From an uncultured Clostridia bacterium (GTDB lineage: Bacteria > Bacillota > Clostridia > Lachnospirales > Anaerotignaceae), in the NCBI GenBank assembly GCA_902477755.1, contig CABSIK010000003.1, positions 148,912 through 212,911 of the forward strand: a DNA stretch of 64,000 bases. The letters run 5' to 3'. The translations under genes and the position numbers were made by a program. Below are positions 48,147-55,883 of this stretch, piece by piece (positions within the stretch are counted from its first letter, which is position 1; each line of letters begins with the position of its first letter). Under the pieces are notes generated by a model. That model did no database searches. It worked only from the letters and a program-made list of their open reading frames with translations, and was not told the DNA's origin.

Positions 48147-49559
48147 TTACTTCGCCAATTTTAGTGTGAAAAGGAAGGTACTTCCTTCGCCCAATTTGCT
48201 TTTTACTGCAACTGTTTCTCCATGGGCTTGGATAAATTCCCGCACAATGGAAAGCCCCAGCCCTGCACCAGTCTTATCTTCATTTCTGGTGGCATCAGCT
48301 TTATAGAATCGGTCAAAGATATATTTCTGATCTTCTTCACTGATGCCGGCTCCGTGGTCTTTCACAGAAACCAGAATCTTATTTTTCCCAGAAAATGTAG
48401 TTTCCACCTCAATGACACCGCCTTCTTTGGAGAACTTCACAGCGTTGTTCATGAGATTATGAATGACACGGGAAATCTTATCCTGATCCGCATGGACCAT
48501 GGTTTCTTTCGCCGCAAAGGAAACTTCGATGCGCATGCCCTTTTCTTCCATCTGGGGTTCCAGCACCGCACAGTTTTCCCGAATGATTTCATTCAGGTCA
48601 AAATCGGTTTCTTCCAGCACGATCTTGCTGTCCTGGGCGCGGCTCATATCCACAATGCCTTCAGCCAGTCTGCTGAGCCGCTGGCTTTCCTCCAGCACAA
48701 TCCGCAGATAACGCTCCTGTTTTTCCGGCGGAATGGTACCATCCAACATAGCCGTCAAAAATCCTTGGATACTGGTCAATGGAGAACGCAGGTCATGGGA
48801 TACATTGGCAATGAACGCCCTTCTGGATTTCTCGATATTATCCAGACTTTCCGCCATGTGGTTGAAGCTCTCTGCCAATTGCCCCATTTCATCCTCACTG
48901 GTGATCTCCACTCGTTTTTCAAAATTGCCCCCGGCAATTTCTTTTGCCGCACGGTTCATATCCATCAAAGGCTCTGTCATTTTCCGAGATGTGACCAGAC
49001 TCACCAGCGCCGTCAATAGGAAAGCCAACAGCAGGCAAAATACACCGGCACGGTACATCTCGTTCAAAGAAACCTTGATTTCCGGCATAGAACGGCACAT
49101 AAAAATACCGGAAAGCTGCCCTTCAGACAGAGGATATCCCACAATGAGCATAGGTGTACCGAAAATAGAGGAGGAACCTGTTTCCAGAGAAACCACATTG
49201 CCTTCCTGAATCCCTTGCACCAGTTCTTCATAAGCCAGTACATGCCCCAGCAGACTGCTGTCCATACCAGGAGAAGCCAGCACAATAACGCCCTCCTTAT
49301 TGACCAACAGAACGCCTGCGCCCATATAGTCCTCCAGCACCTGCATTTCATAAGCCAAATTATTGATATTCCCCGTATTATAAGCTTTATTGATGGCTCC
49401 AGCAATCTTTTCTCCCTGTTCGATGAGCTCCTGCTTTGTTTCCGACATATAATGGCTGGTATAAATCACAGAAAGCATACCGCCCATCAATATGACGCAA
49501 AAACTGATGGTTGCCATATATAATAAAAACTGCTTAATCACAATGGACTTTTTAAACAT
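48147..49559 (-). CDS. sensor histidine kinase (2 TM, periplasmic loop, HAMP, HisKA, HATPase_c)
   Basis: ORF 48147..49607 trimmed to ATG 49559 (GGAGGAATGATT ATG). H-box SHDLRSPLTSI, N/G boxes NLMNNAVKF and GAGLGLSIV. Confidence 0.9.
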   Translation of the reverse strand: MFKKSIVIKQFLLYMATISFCVILMGGMLSVIYTSHYMSETKQELIEQGEKIAGAINKAYNTGNINNLAYEMQVLEDYMGAGVLLVNKEGVIVLASPGMDSSLLGHVLAYEELVQGIQEGNVVSLETGSSSIFGTPMLIVGYPLSEGQLSGIFMCRSMPEIKVSLNEMYRAGVFCLLLAFLLTALVSLVTSRKMTEPLMDMNRAAKEIAGGNFEKRVEITSEDEMGQLAESFNHMAESLDNIEKSRRAFIANVSHDLRSPLTSIQGFLTAMLDGTIPPEKQERYLRIVLEESQRLSRLAEGIVDMSRAQDSKIVLEETDFDLNEIIRENCAVLEPQMEEKGMRIEVSFAAKETMVHADQDKISRVIHNLMNNAVKFSKEGGVIEVETTFSGKNKILVSVKDHGAGISEEDQKYIFDRFYKADATRNEDKTGAGLGLSIVREFIQAHGETVAVKSKLGEGSTFLFTLKLAK

Positions 49560-49587
49560 AATCATTCCTCCAAAAAGAAAACAAAAG

Positions 49588-49643
49588 AAAAACATTCCAA
49601 AGAACAAAAAACATGCTATAATAAAACAGGAATGTTTTTACAA
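49588..49643. promoter_or_regulatory. palindromic control region with overlapping divergent promoters (kinase leftward, small ORF rightward)
   Basis: 11-bp perfect inverted repeat AAAAACATTCC (49588..49598) / GGAATGTTTTT (49629..49639). Plus strand: TTCCAA, 16 nt spacer, TGcTATAAT (-10 at 49617..49622). Minus strand: TTGTAA (49643..49638), 17 nt spacer, TATAGC (49620..49615). Confidence 0.4.
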
Positions 49644-49657
49644 AAAACTTCCTCATT

Positions 49658-50050
49658 ATGAAGAAAGGAGTGGCAGATGCTTCTGCCGTATGTACTATGA
49701 ACAATCAACGACCCAATCCGCCCAGAAAGAAAATCAAACTGGCAGACCTTGTCCTGTTTGCCGTTGCCATCTTTCTGATTTTTATGACCCCTTGGGGCAA
49801 CACAAACAGCTATCATCATTTGATGCTGTTCCTGTATGTACTTTGTGTTCTGCTTCGTTTCAGCAATCTCCGCAAACAGAAAATACGGGAATTGGAACGC
49901 AAACGCAAAATGGAAGAACGCGCTGCCATGCAGCAGGCTGCTGATACACTCCCTGCTGATGCTGTCGAAGCCGCTCCCACAGAAGCTCTGCCTGTGCAGT
50001 CTTCTGAAAATGTTTCTGATGTAGTTCAGACAGAACCTAAAAATGAATGA
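49658..50050 (+). CDS. small membrane protein (2 predicted TM helices, Ala/Glu-rich tail), unknown function; alternative start 49697
   Basis: 130-aa ORF with hydrophobic LADLVLFAVAIFLIFMTPW and LMLFLYVLCVLLRF. Own extended -10 promoter and a strong terminator 19 nt after the stop. ATG 49658 has no SD. M14 (49697) is coupled to a 7-codon uORF that does have one. Confidence 0.5.
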   Translation: MKKGVADASAVCTMNNQRPNPPRKKIKLADLVLFAVAIFLIFMTPWGNTNSYHHLMLFLYVLCVLLRFSNLRKQKIRELERKRKMEERAAMQQAADTLPADAVEAAPTEALPVQSSENVSDVVQTEPKNE

Positions 50051-50068
50051 TATACAAAATATGTAAGG

Positions 50069-50100
50069 AATCAGCCGCCCAAACAGCGGCTGATTTTTTA
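50069..50100 (+). terminator. intrinsic terminator after the small membrane protein gene
   Basis: AATCAGCCGC-CCAAACA-GCGGCTGATT followed by TTTT. Confidence 0.75.
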
Positions 50101-50112
50101 TGTATTTCTTAT

Positions 50113-50820
50113 TTACTTTGGTCCGAATTTATAACCAACACTCCAAACGGTGCGGATGCCCCATTCATCGTCCTGATTGAGCTTTTCACGGATTCGTTTT
50201 ACATGAACATCAACGGTACGGGTATCTCCAGCGTATTCATAACCCCAGATACGGTCCAAAAGCTGCTCTCTGGTAAACACACGCTTAGGATTGGATGCCA
50301 GAAAATGAAGGAGTTCAAATTCTTTCGGCGGAAAATCCACACTTTTTCCATGATAAGTAACCGTATAATTGGACAGATTGATCTCCAAATCTGGATAACG
50401 CAGCACCTGTCCATCATCAGCTTCTTCTTTCACACTGCCAGCTTCATAACGCCGCAGTACTGCCTTTACCCTTGCCACCAGCTCCTTGGGGTCAAAGGGT
50501 TTGACGATATAATCGTCTGCCCCCAATTCCAGCCCCAGTACCTTGTCAAAAGTTTCCCCCTTTGCTGTCAGCATGATAATGGGGACTTTGCTTGTTTTCC
50601 GCACTTCTGCACAAACCTGATAGCCATCCATACCCGGCAGCATCAGATCCAGCAGAATCAAATTCGGCTCATAAGTTGTCACTGCTTCCAATGCCTGTTT
50701 GCCGTCATAAACCTCCTGTGTATCATAACCGTCTTTCATCAGATACAGAGAAATCAGTTCTGCAATATGCTGATCATCGTCTACTACCAGAATCTTCTGT
50801 TTCTCACTCACGGCATCCAT
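50113..50820 (-). CDS. OmpR-family response regulator
   Basis: 235 aa. Receiver domain (ILVVDDD...LILLDLMLPGMDG...MLTAKG) and a winged-helix C-terminus (RVFTREQLLDRIWGYEY...VDVHVKRIREKL). Confidence 0.9.
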   Translation of the reverse strand: MDAVSEKQKILVVDDDQHIAELISLYLMKDGYDTQEVYDGKQALEAVTTYEPNLILLDLMLPGMDGYQVCAEVRKTSKVPIIMLTAKGETFDKVLGLELGADDYIVKPFDPKELVARVKAVLRRYEAGSVKEEADDGQVLRYPDLEINLSNYTVTYHGKSVDFPPKEFELLHFLASNPKRVFTREQLLDRIWGYEYAGDTRTVDVHVKRIREKLNQDDEWGIRTVWSVGYKFGPK

Positions 50821-50841
50821 CTCCTTTGTATATGACCCTTA

Positions 50842-53211
50842 TTATTTCAATTCTACAACCGTTACGCCGGCATCCCCTTCCCCAAACGTACCGGGACGCT
50901 GGCTTTTCACATGGGGATTGGTGCGCAGATATTTCTGCACGCCAGCACGGAGGGCGCCGGTGCCTTTCCCATGGATGATGATAATCTGTTTCAGACCGGA
51001 CAGATAAGCATCATCAATATATTTGTCAATATTTACAATGGCTTCATCCACCAACTGACCGCGGCAGTCGATTTCCGCGGAAATAAACTGACTCTTTTTC
51101 GCCTTCGCCCGTACGTTGGTCTGTCTGGGCTTAGGTTCTTTGGGCTGTGGTGTATCATCCAGCATCAATTCTGCCAGAGGCACTTTCACCTTCATGATGC
51201 CCATCTGCACCATAACATCTTTATTCTTATCCGGCGCAGAGAGAGCCACACCGTTCTGGTCGAAGGAAATGACATAAACTCTGTCCCCTGCCTGTAATTT
51301 TTCAGGCGGCTTGTGGGTAGGTTTCACCTTTTTGGACTTGAGGAAGTCCTCCTGTACGGAAGACAGCTTTTCTTTCAGTTTGGCTCTGTTTTCCAGTGCC
51401 TTCTGCTGGTTTTTCTGCTTTGCTTCCCGGTTCATTTCCTTGATGATCTGGTCGGCTTCTTCTTTCGCCTGAGCATAAATCTGTTTTGCTTCTTCTCTTG
51501 CCTTCTGGAGGATTTTTTCTTTCTGTTCTCTTGTTTTCTCCTTCTGGCGTTCCACTTCTTTTTTCAGGCTTTCCGCTTCTCTGCGGTACTGTTCTGCCCG
51601 TTCCTGCTCGAAAGCCACACTTTTCTTGCTGATTTCCAAGTCTGTGATGACGTCCTCAAAACGGGCTTCATCATGGGAAATAAATTCTCTTGCACTATCA
51701 ATGATATAATCCTGCAAGCCCAGACGCTTGGAAATGGCAAAAGCGTTACTTTTCCCGGGAATCCCGATGAGCAAACGATAAGTGGGACGCAGTGTTTCCA
51801 CATCGAATTCACAGCAGGCATTTTCTACCCCTTCTGTGGAAAGAGCATATACCTTCAATTCGCTGTAATGGGTGGTAACTGCGGTACGAATCTTCCTGTC
51901 ATGTAAATAAGAAATAATCGCCATAGCCAGTGCCGCACCTTCTGTAGGGTCTGTACCTGCCCCTAATTCGTCGAAAAGCACCAGAGAGCTGTCTGTCACA
52001 TCTTCCAGAATCTTGACGATATTAGTCATGTGAGCAGAGAAGGTACTCAAGCTCTGCTCAATGCTCTGTTCATCCCCAATATCCGCGAAAACTTCGTCAA
52101 ACACTGCCAGCTGGGAATGGTCGTTGGCAGGAATATGCAGCCCTGCCTGCCCCATAAGGGAGAACAAGCCCAATGTTTTCAATGCAACGGTTTTACCGCC
52201 GGTATTAGGCCCAGTGATAAGCAGTGTGGTAAATTCTTTCCCCAGATAAATATTGATGGGCACTACGGTTTTCTTATCCAGCAAAGGATGTCTGCCCTTC
52301 TGGATATTCACATAGCCTTTTGTATTGAACAGGGGCTGCGTACCATCCATGGACAGGGAAAGCTGTGCCTTTGCGAAAATAAAGTCCAGCTGTGTCAGCA
52401 ATTCCAAGTTTGCGCTGAGCTGTGCTTCATTCTGGATGACCATAATAGACAGGCTGGTAAGGATTTTTTCAATTTCCTCCCGTTCTTTCGCCTGCAATTC
52501 TTTGATTTTGTTGTTCAGCTGTACAACGCTCAAAGGCTCCATGAATACAGTGGAACCTGTATTGGACTGGTCGTGTACCATACCGGGGAACACACTGCGG
52601 TATTCGCTCTTGACAGGCACACAATATCTGTCATTTCGGATGGTGATGACAAAATCCTGGAGCATATTCCGATATGCAGAAGAAGAAATGACCCCATTCA
52701 GATGATCTTTCACCCTGTCATTGGAAATTTTGATTTCCTTGCGGACGCTTTTCAGTCCTGCGCTGGCATCGTCAGCGATTTCCGTTTCAGAAACGATACA
52801 TCTGGTGATTTCATTTTCCAGATTGGGAATCAGTGTCAACAGTTCGAAATATTCGTCCAGACGTTCATAAGTTTCCGCCTTGTTTTCATTTTTCGCATAA
52901 TTTTTCGCCTTACGGCAAACATAGAGAAATTCCCCAATGTGCATCAATTCGGGAATGGACAGAGTACCGCCCATTTCTGCCCGTTTCAGCTGGGGACGGA
53001 TTTCCCGAAAACCGCCAAAGGAAGGGCTGCCTTTCCGCAGCACCATACTCACTGCTTCGGTGGTTTCCTGCTGACGCAGCACGATTTCCGACATGGAAAC
53101 GGAAGGCTGCAAGTGGTGCGCCATTTCCTTTGCCATAGGGGAAACGGCAAATCCCGCCAGCATATTTATGATTTTATCGTATTCCAAAATACGCAATGCT
53201 TTTTCGTTCAT
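50842..53211 (-). CDS. mutS2: endonuclease MutS2
   Basis: 789 aa. Walker A GPNTGGKT, a coiled-coil linker and a C-terminal Smr domain (IIIIHGKGTGALR). Confidence 0.95.
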   Translation of the reverse strand: MNEKALRILEYDKIINMLAGFAVSPMAKEMAHHLQPSVSMSEIVLRQQETTEAVSMVLRKGSPSFGGFREIRPQLKRAEMGGTLSIPELMHIGEFLYVCRKAKNYAKNENKAETYERLDEYFELLTLIPNLENEITRCIVSETEIADDASAGLKSVRKEIKISNDRVKDHLNGVISSSAYRNMLQDFVITIRNDRYCVPVKSEYRSVFPGMVHDQSNTGSTVFMEPLSVVQLNNKIKELQAKEREEIEKILTSLSIMVIQNEAQLSANLELLTQLDFIFAKAQLSLSMDGTQPLFNTKGYVNIQKGRHPLLDKKTVVPINIYLGKEFTTLLITGPNTGGKTVALKTLGLFSLMGQAGLHIPANDHSQLAVFDEVFADIGDEQSIEQSLSTFSAHMTNIVKILEDVTDSSLVLFDELGAGTDPTEGAALAMAIISYLHDRKIRTAVTTHYSELKVYALSTEGVENACCEFDVETLRPTYRLLIGIPGKSNAFAISKRLGLQDYIIDSAREFISHDEARFEDVITDLEISKKSVAFEQERAEQYRREAESLKKEVERQKEKTREQKEKILQKAREEAKQIYAQAKEEADQIIKEMNREAKQKNQQKALENRAKLKEKLSSVQEDFLKSKKVKPTHKPPEKLQAGDRVYVISFDQNGVALSAPDKNKDVMVQMGIMKVKVPLAELMLDDTPQPKEPKPRQTNVRAKAKKSQFISAEIDCRGQLVDEAIVNIDKYIDDAYLSGLKQIIIIHGKGTGALRAGVQKYLRTNPHVKSQRPGTFGEGDAGVTVVELK

Positions 53212-53366
53212 TCCATTACCTCAATCTATTCTACGCCCCTCACGGGACTATTTTCTGACATACAAATAAGGCAGCTTACCGCCGCTTATTTTGTTATTAT
53301 ACCATCGGATGAGCCAAAATACATCGGCTTTTCCGAGAAATTCACAGAAATGTTACATTTCTGCCG

Positions 53367-53410
53367 AAACAAAAACGGAAGAATCCACCGCTTTGGCAGA
53401 ATTCTTCCGT
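53367..53410 (-). terminator. intrinsic terminator downstream of obg
   Basis: Minus strand ACGGAAGAAU-N16-AUUCUUCCGU followed by UUUUGUUUC. Also flanked by a T-run on the plus strand. Confidence 0.65.
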
Positions 53411-53432
53411 CTAGTTTTCTTTTTTTGGGGAA

Positions 53433-54707
53433 TTATTTCCAGAATTCGAATTCCATATCGTAAATACGAACGGTATCGCCTTCCTGAATACCTTTTTCCT
53501 CCAAAGCTTCGATGATACCTTTTTCTTTCAGATAACGTTGGAAGAAAGCGAAGCCCTTTTCTGTATCGATATTGGTATAGCCGATCATCTTTTCGACGCC
53601 GACGCCTCTTACCACATACACTTCGTCCTCGATTTCGATGGTGAAAGGTTCCTGATCCACTGCCACTTCATCGTATTCTTCATATTCTTCTTCGAATACG
53701 ATATCTTCGGGATAGTTTTTCAGGATTTCCGCTACTTTTGTCAGCAGTTCATCCAGACCTTTGTTGGTTGCCGCGGAAATGGGGAATACTTCAAAGCCTT
53801 CTTTTTCATAGGCTTCTTTCAGGCGTTCCACATTTTCTTCGGAACCAGGTATATCTGTTTTATTTGCTGCAATCACCTGAGGGCGTTTCATCAATTCGGG
53901 ATTGTATGCTTCCAGTTCCTGATTGATCTTACGAACGTTTTCCACAGGGTCGTCACCTTCCACGCCAGCAGCGTCTACCACATGGATAAACACTTTGGTA
54001 CGTTCTACATGACGCAGGAAAGCATGTCCCAGACCAACGCCTTCGCTGGCGCCTTCTACCAGACCGGGAATATCTGCCAGCACGAAGGAATCGCCGTATC
54101 TGCCTTCTACCACGCCCAGATTGGGAGCCAGTGTGGTAAAGTGGTAGTTTGCGATTTTAGGGTTTGCGTTTGTTACCATGGACAGCAGTGTGGATTTGCC
54201 AACATTAGGGAAACCAATCAAACCAACGTCCGCGATCAGTTTCAGTTCCAGAATGACGTCGTATTCTTTTGCCACTCTGCCCTGTTCCGCATAACGGGGC
54301 GCCTGTCTGGTGGGTGTTGCAAAGTGCTGATTGCCCTTGCCGCCTTTACCGCCGTGAATCAGGATTTTTTCTTCTCCGTGTTTGGTAATGTCCGCCATGA
54401 TTTTACCGCTTTCCGCTTCACGGATAACCGTACCAACAGGCACTTTGATAACAACGCTTTCGCCGTCTTTACCGAAACAGTTGCGTTTGCCACCGTCCTG
54501 ACCGTTGCCCGCCTTGAACATTCTCTTATAACGGAAGTCCATGAGAGTACCCATGCTTTCGTCCCCTACAAAAATAACGTCGCCGCCTCTGCCGCCGTCG
54601 CCGCCGTCGGGACCGCCATGGGTAATATATTTCGCACGGAAGAAAGAAACCATACCATTGCCGCCGTTGCCGCCTTTAACATGAATCTTGACTCTATCTA
54701 CAAACAT
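53433..54707 (-). CDS. obg: GTPase Obg/CgtA
   Basis: ORF 53433..54761 trimmed to ATG 54707 (GAGGTGAGAAT ATG). [24 protein letters not shown]-like Obg fold, [11 protein letters not shown], and a C-terminal OCT domain. Confidence 0.95.
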   Translation of the reverse strand: [424 protein letters not shown]

Positions 54708-54779
54708 ATTCTCACCTCGTATCCTTTCTCTTTCTTTCAAAACCTCTTTCGTCAGAAGCAAACTGTTTTGCTTTTCACG

Positions 54780-54810
54780 AAAAAGGCTTCAAATGATATC
54801 ATTTGAAGCC
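54780..54810 (-). terminator. hairpin/terminator between rpmA and obg
   Basis: Perfect 13-bp palindrome GGCTTCAAATGAT/ATCATTTGAAGCC, followed on the minus strand by UUUUUCG. Confidence 0.65.
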
Positions 54811-54820
54811 TTCAACATTC

Positions 54821-55111
54821 TTATTCAGCGATTTCAACAGGGTATACGGAAACCTGTTTTTTATCTCTGCCTTTTCTTTCATATTTTACACGACCGTCAA
54901 CCAAAGCGAACAGTGTATCGTTACCGCCTTTGCCTACGTTCACACCGGGATGGATTTTAGTACCACGCTGTGTGTATAAAATATTGCCTGCCAGTACAAA
55001 CTGACCGTCTGCACGTTTTGCACCCAATCTCTTAGCATTGGAGTCACGACCGTTCTTTGTGGAACCGCCGCCTTTGTGGTGCGCGAAGAACTGAAGGTTC
55101 AATCTGAACAT
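54821..55111 (-). CDS. rpmA: 50S ribosomal protein L27 with N-terminal propeptide
   Basis: 96 aa. [10 protein letters not shown] precedes [14 protein letters not shown]. This is the Firmicute extension removed by Prp, which is encoded immediately upstream. Confidence 0.95.
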   Translation of the reverse strand: MFRLNLQFFAHHKGGGSTKNGRDSNAKRLGAKRADGQFVLAGNILYTQRGTKIHPGVNVGKGGNDTLFALVDGRVKYERKGRDKKQVSVYPVEIAE

Positions 55112-55113
55112 AC

Positions 55114-55446
55114 TTACACCTCCTCAATTTTCAAAGTAAGATACTTGTTATATTCCGTTTCAATGCCGGACAACCCGAGCCATAATGTCTGCAAAAGCAG
55201 CTGTACCCGTTCGTCCTCCATTCCCTCTAAAGGGAACACAACTTTGAGATAACCGCCTTTTTTCTCATCGGCTTTTGCCTGAAAGGGCACGTCCGTGAAC
55301 TGCTCTATGGCATTGACCGTATTGAGAGAAAGTATAGTAACCGCCGCACAAACAATGTCTTCCCCATGGGGCGCATAGCCTGCGTGACCGGAAATCTCAA
55401 ATGCACAGATTTTATTCTCTTTCTGATAAAGCTTTGCTTGAATCAT
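55114..55446 (-). CDS. prp: ribosomal-processing cysteine protease Prp
   Basis: 110 aa. [22 protein letters not shown] with the catalytic His/Cys context. Lies between rplU and rpmA. Confidence 0.85.
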   Translation of the reverse strand: MIQAKLYQKENKICAFEISGHAGYAPHGEDIVCAAVTILSLNTVNAIEQFTDVPFQAKADEKKGGYLKVVFPLEGMEDERVQLLLQTLWLGLSGIETEYNKYLTLKIEEV

Positions 55447-55448
55447 AA

Positions 55449-55754
55449 TTAGATGGATTTAATCTGCAGTTTTGTGAAAGGCTGTCTGTGGCCGTTTTTC
55501 TTGTGGAAACCTTTTTTGGGTTTGTATTTGTAAACGACTACTTTTTTTGCTTTGCCGTCACCGATTACGGATGCTGTAACTGCTGCGCCTTCAACGTAGG
55601 GAGCGCCAACTTTTACATCGCCGTCTTTCGCCAGTACCAGAACTTTGTCGAAAGTATATTCCTGACCTGCTTCAACACCCAGTTTTTCTACTGTGATGAT
55701 ATCGCCTTCTGCTACTTTGTACTGCTTACCACCAGTTTCAATAATTGCGTACAT
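55449..55754 (-). CDS. rplU: 50S ribosomal protein L21
   Basis: ORF 55449..55841 trimmed to ATG 55754 (GAGGAGGTGTTCAC ATG). [14 protein letters not shown] is the canonical L21 start. Confidence 0.95.
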   Translation of the reverse strand: MYAIIETGGKQYKVAEGDIITVEKLGVEAGQEYTFDKVLVLAKDGDVKVGAPYVEGAAVTASVIGDGKAKKVVVYKYKPKKGFHKKNGHRQPFTKLQIKSI

Positions 55755-55849
55755 GTGAACACCTCCTCGCAATTTTACTCGCTGGATACGGTAACCGAAG
55801 CCTTTCTTCGGTTTTCCAGAACCTCTCCATGCGGCTGACATACTTCATT
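55755..55849 (-). promoter_or_regulatory. candidate L21 leader RNA (5' UTR of rplU-prp-rpmA)
   Basis: A roughly 90-nt UTR with hairpin GGAAAACCGAAG-AAAG-GCUUCGGUUACC. Position and size match the Firmicute L21 leader family as I recall it. Not verified by a covariance model. Confidence 0.45.
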
Positions 55850-55878
55850 ATAGTATCACAGGGTTTTCAGCCTGTCAA
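55850..55878 (-). promoter_or_regulatory. sigma-70-like promoter of rplU operon
   Basis: Minus strand TTGACA (55878..55873), 17 nt spacer, TACTAT (55855..55850). Confidence 0.5.
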
Positions 55879-55883
55879 CACTT

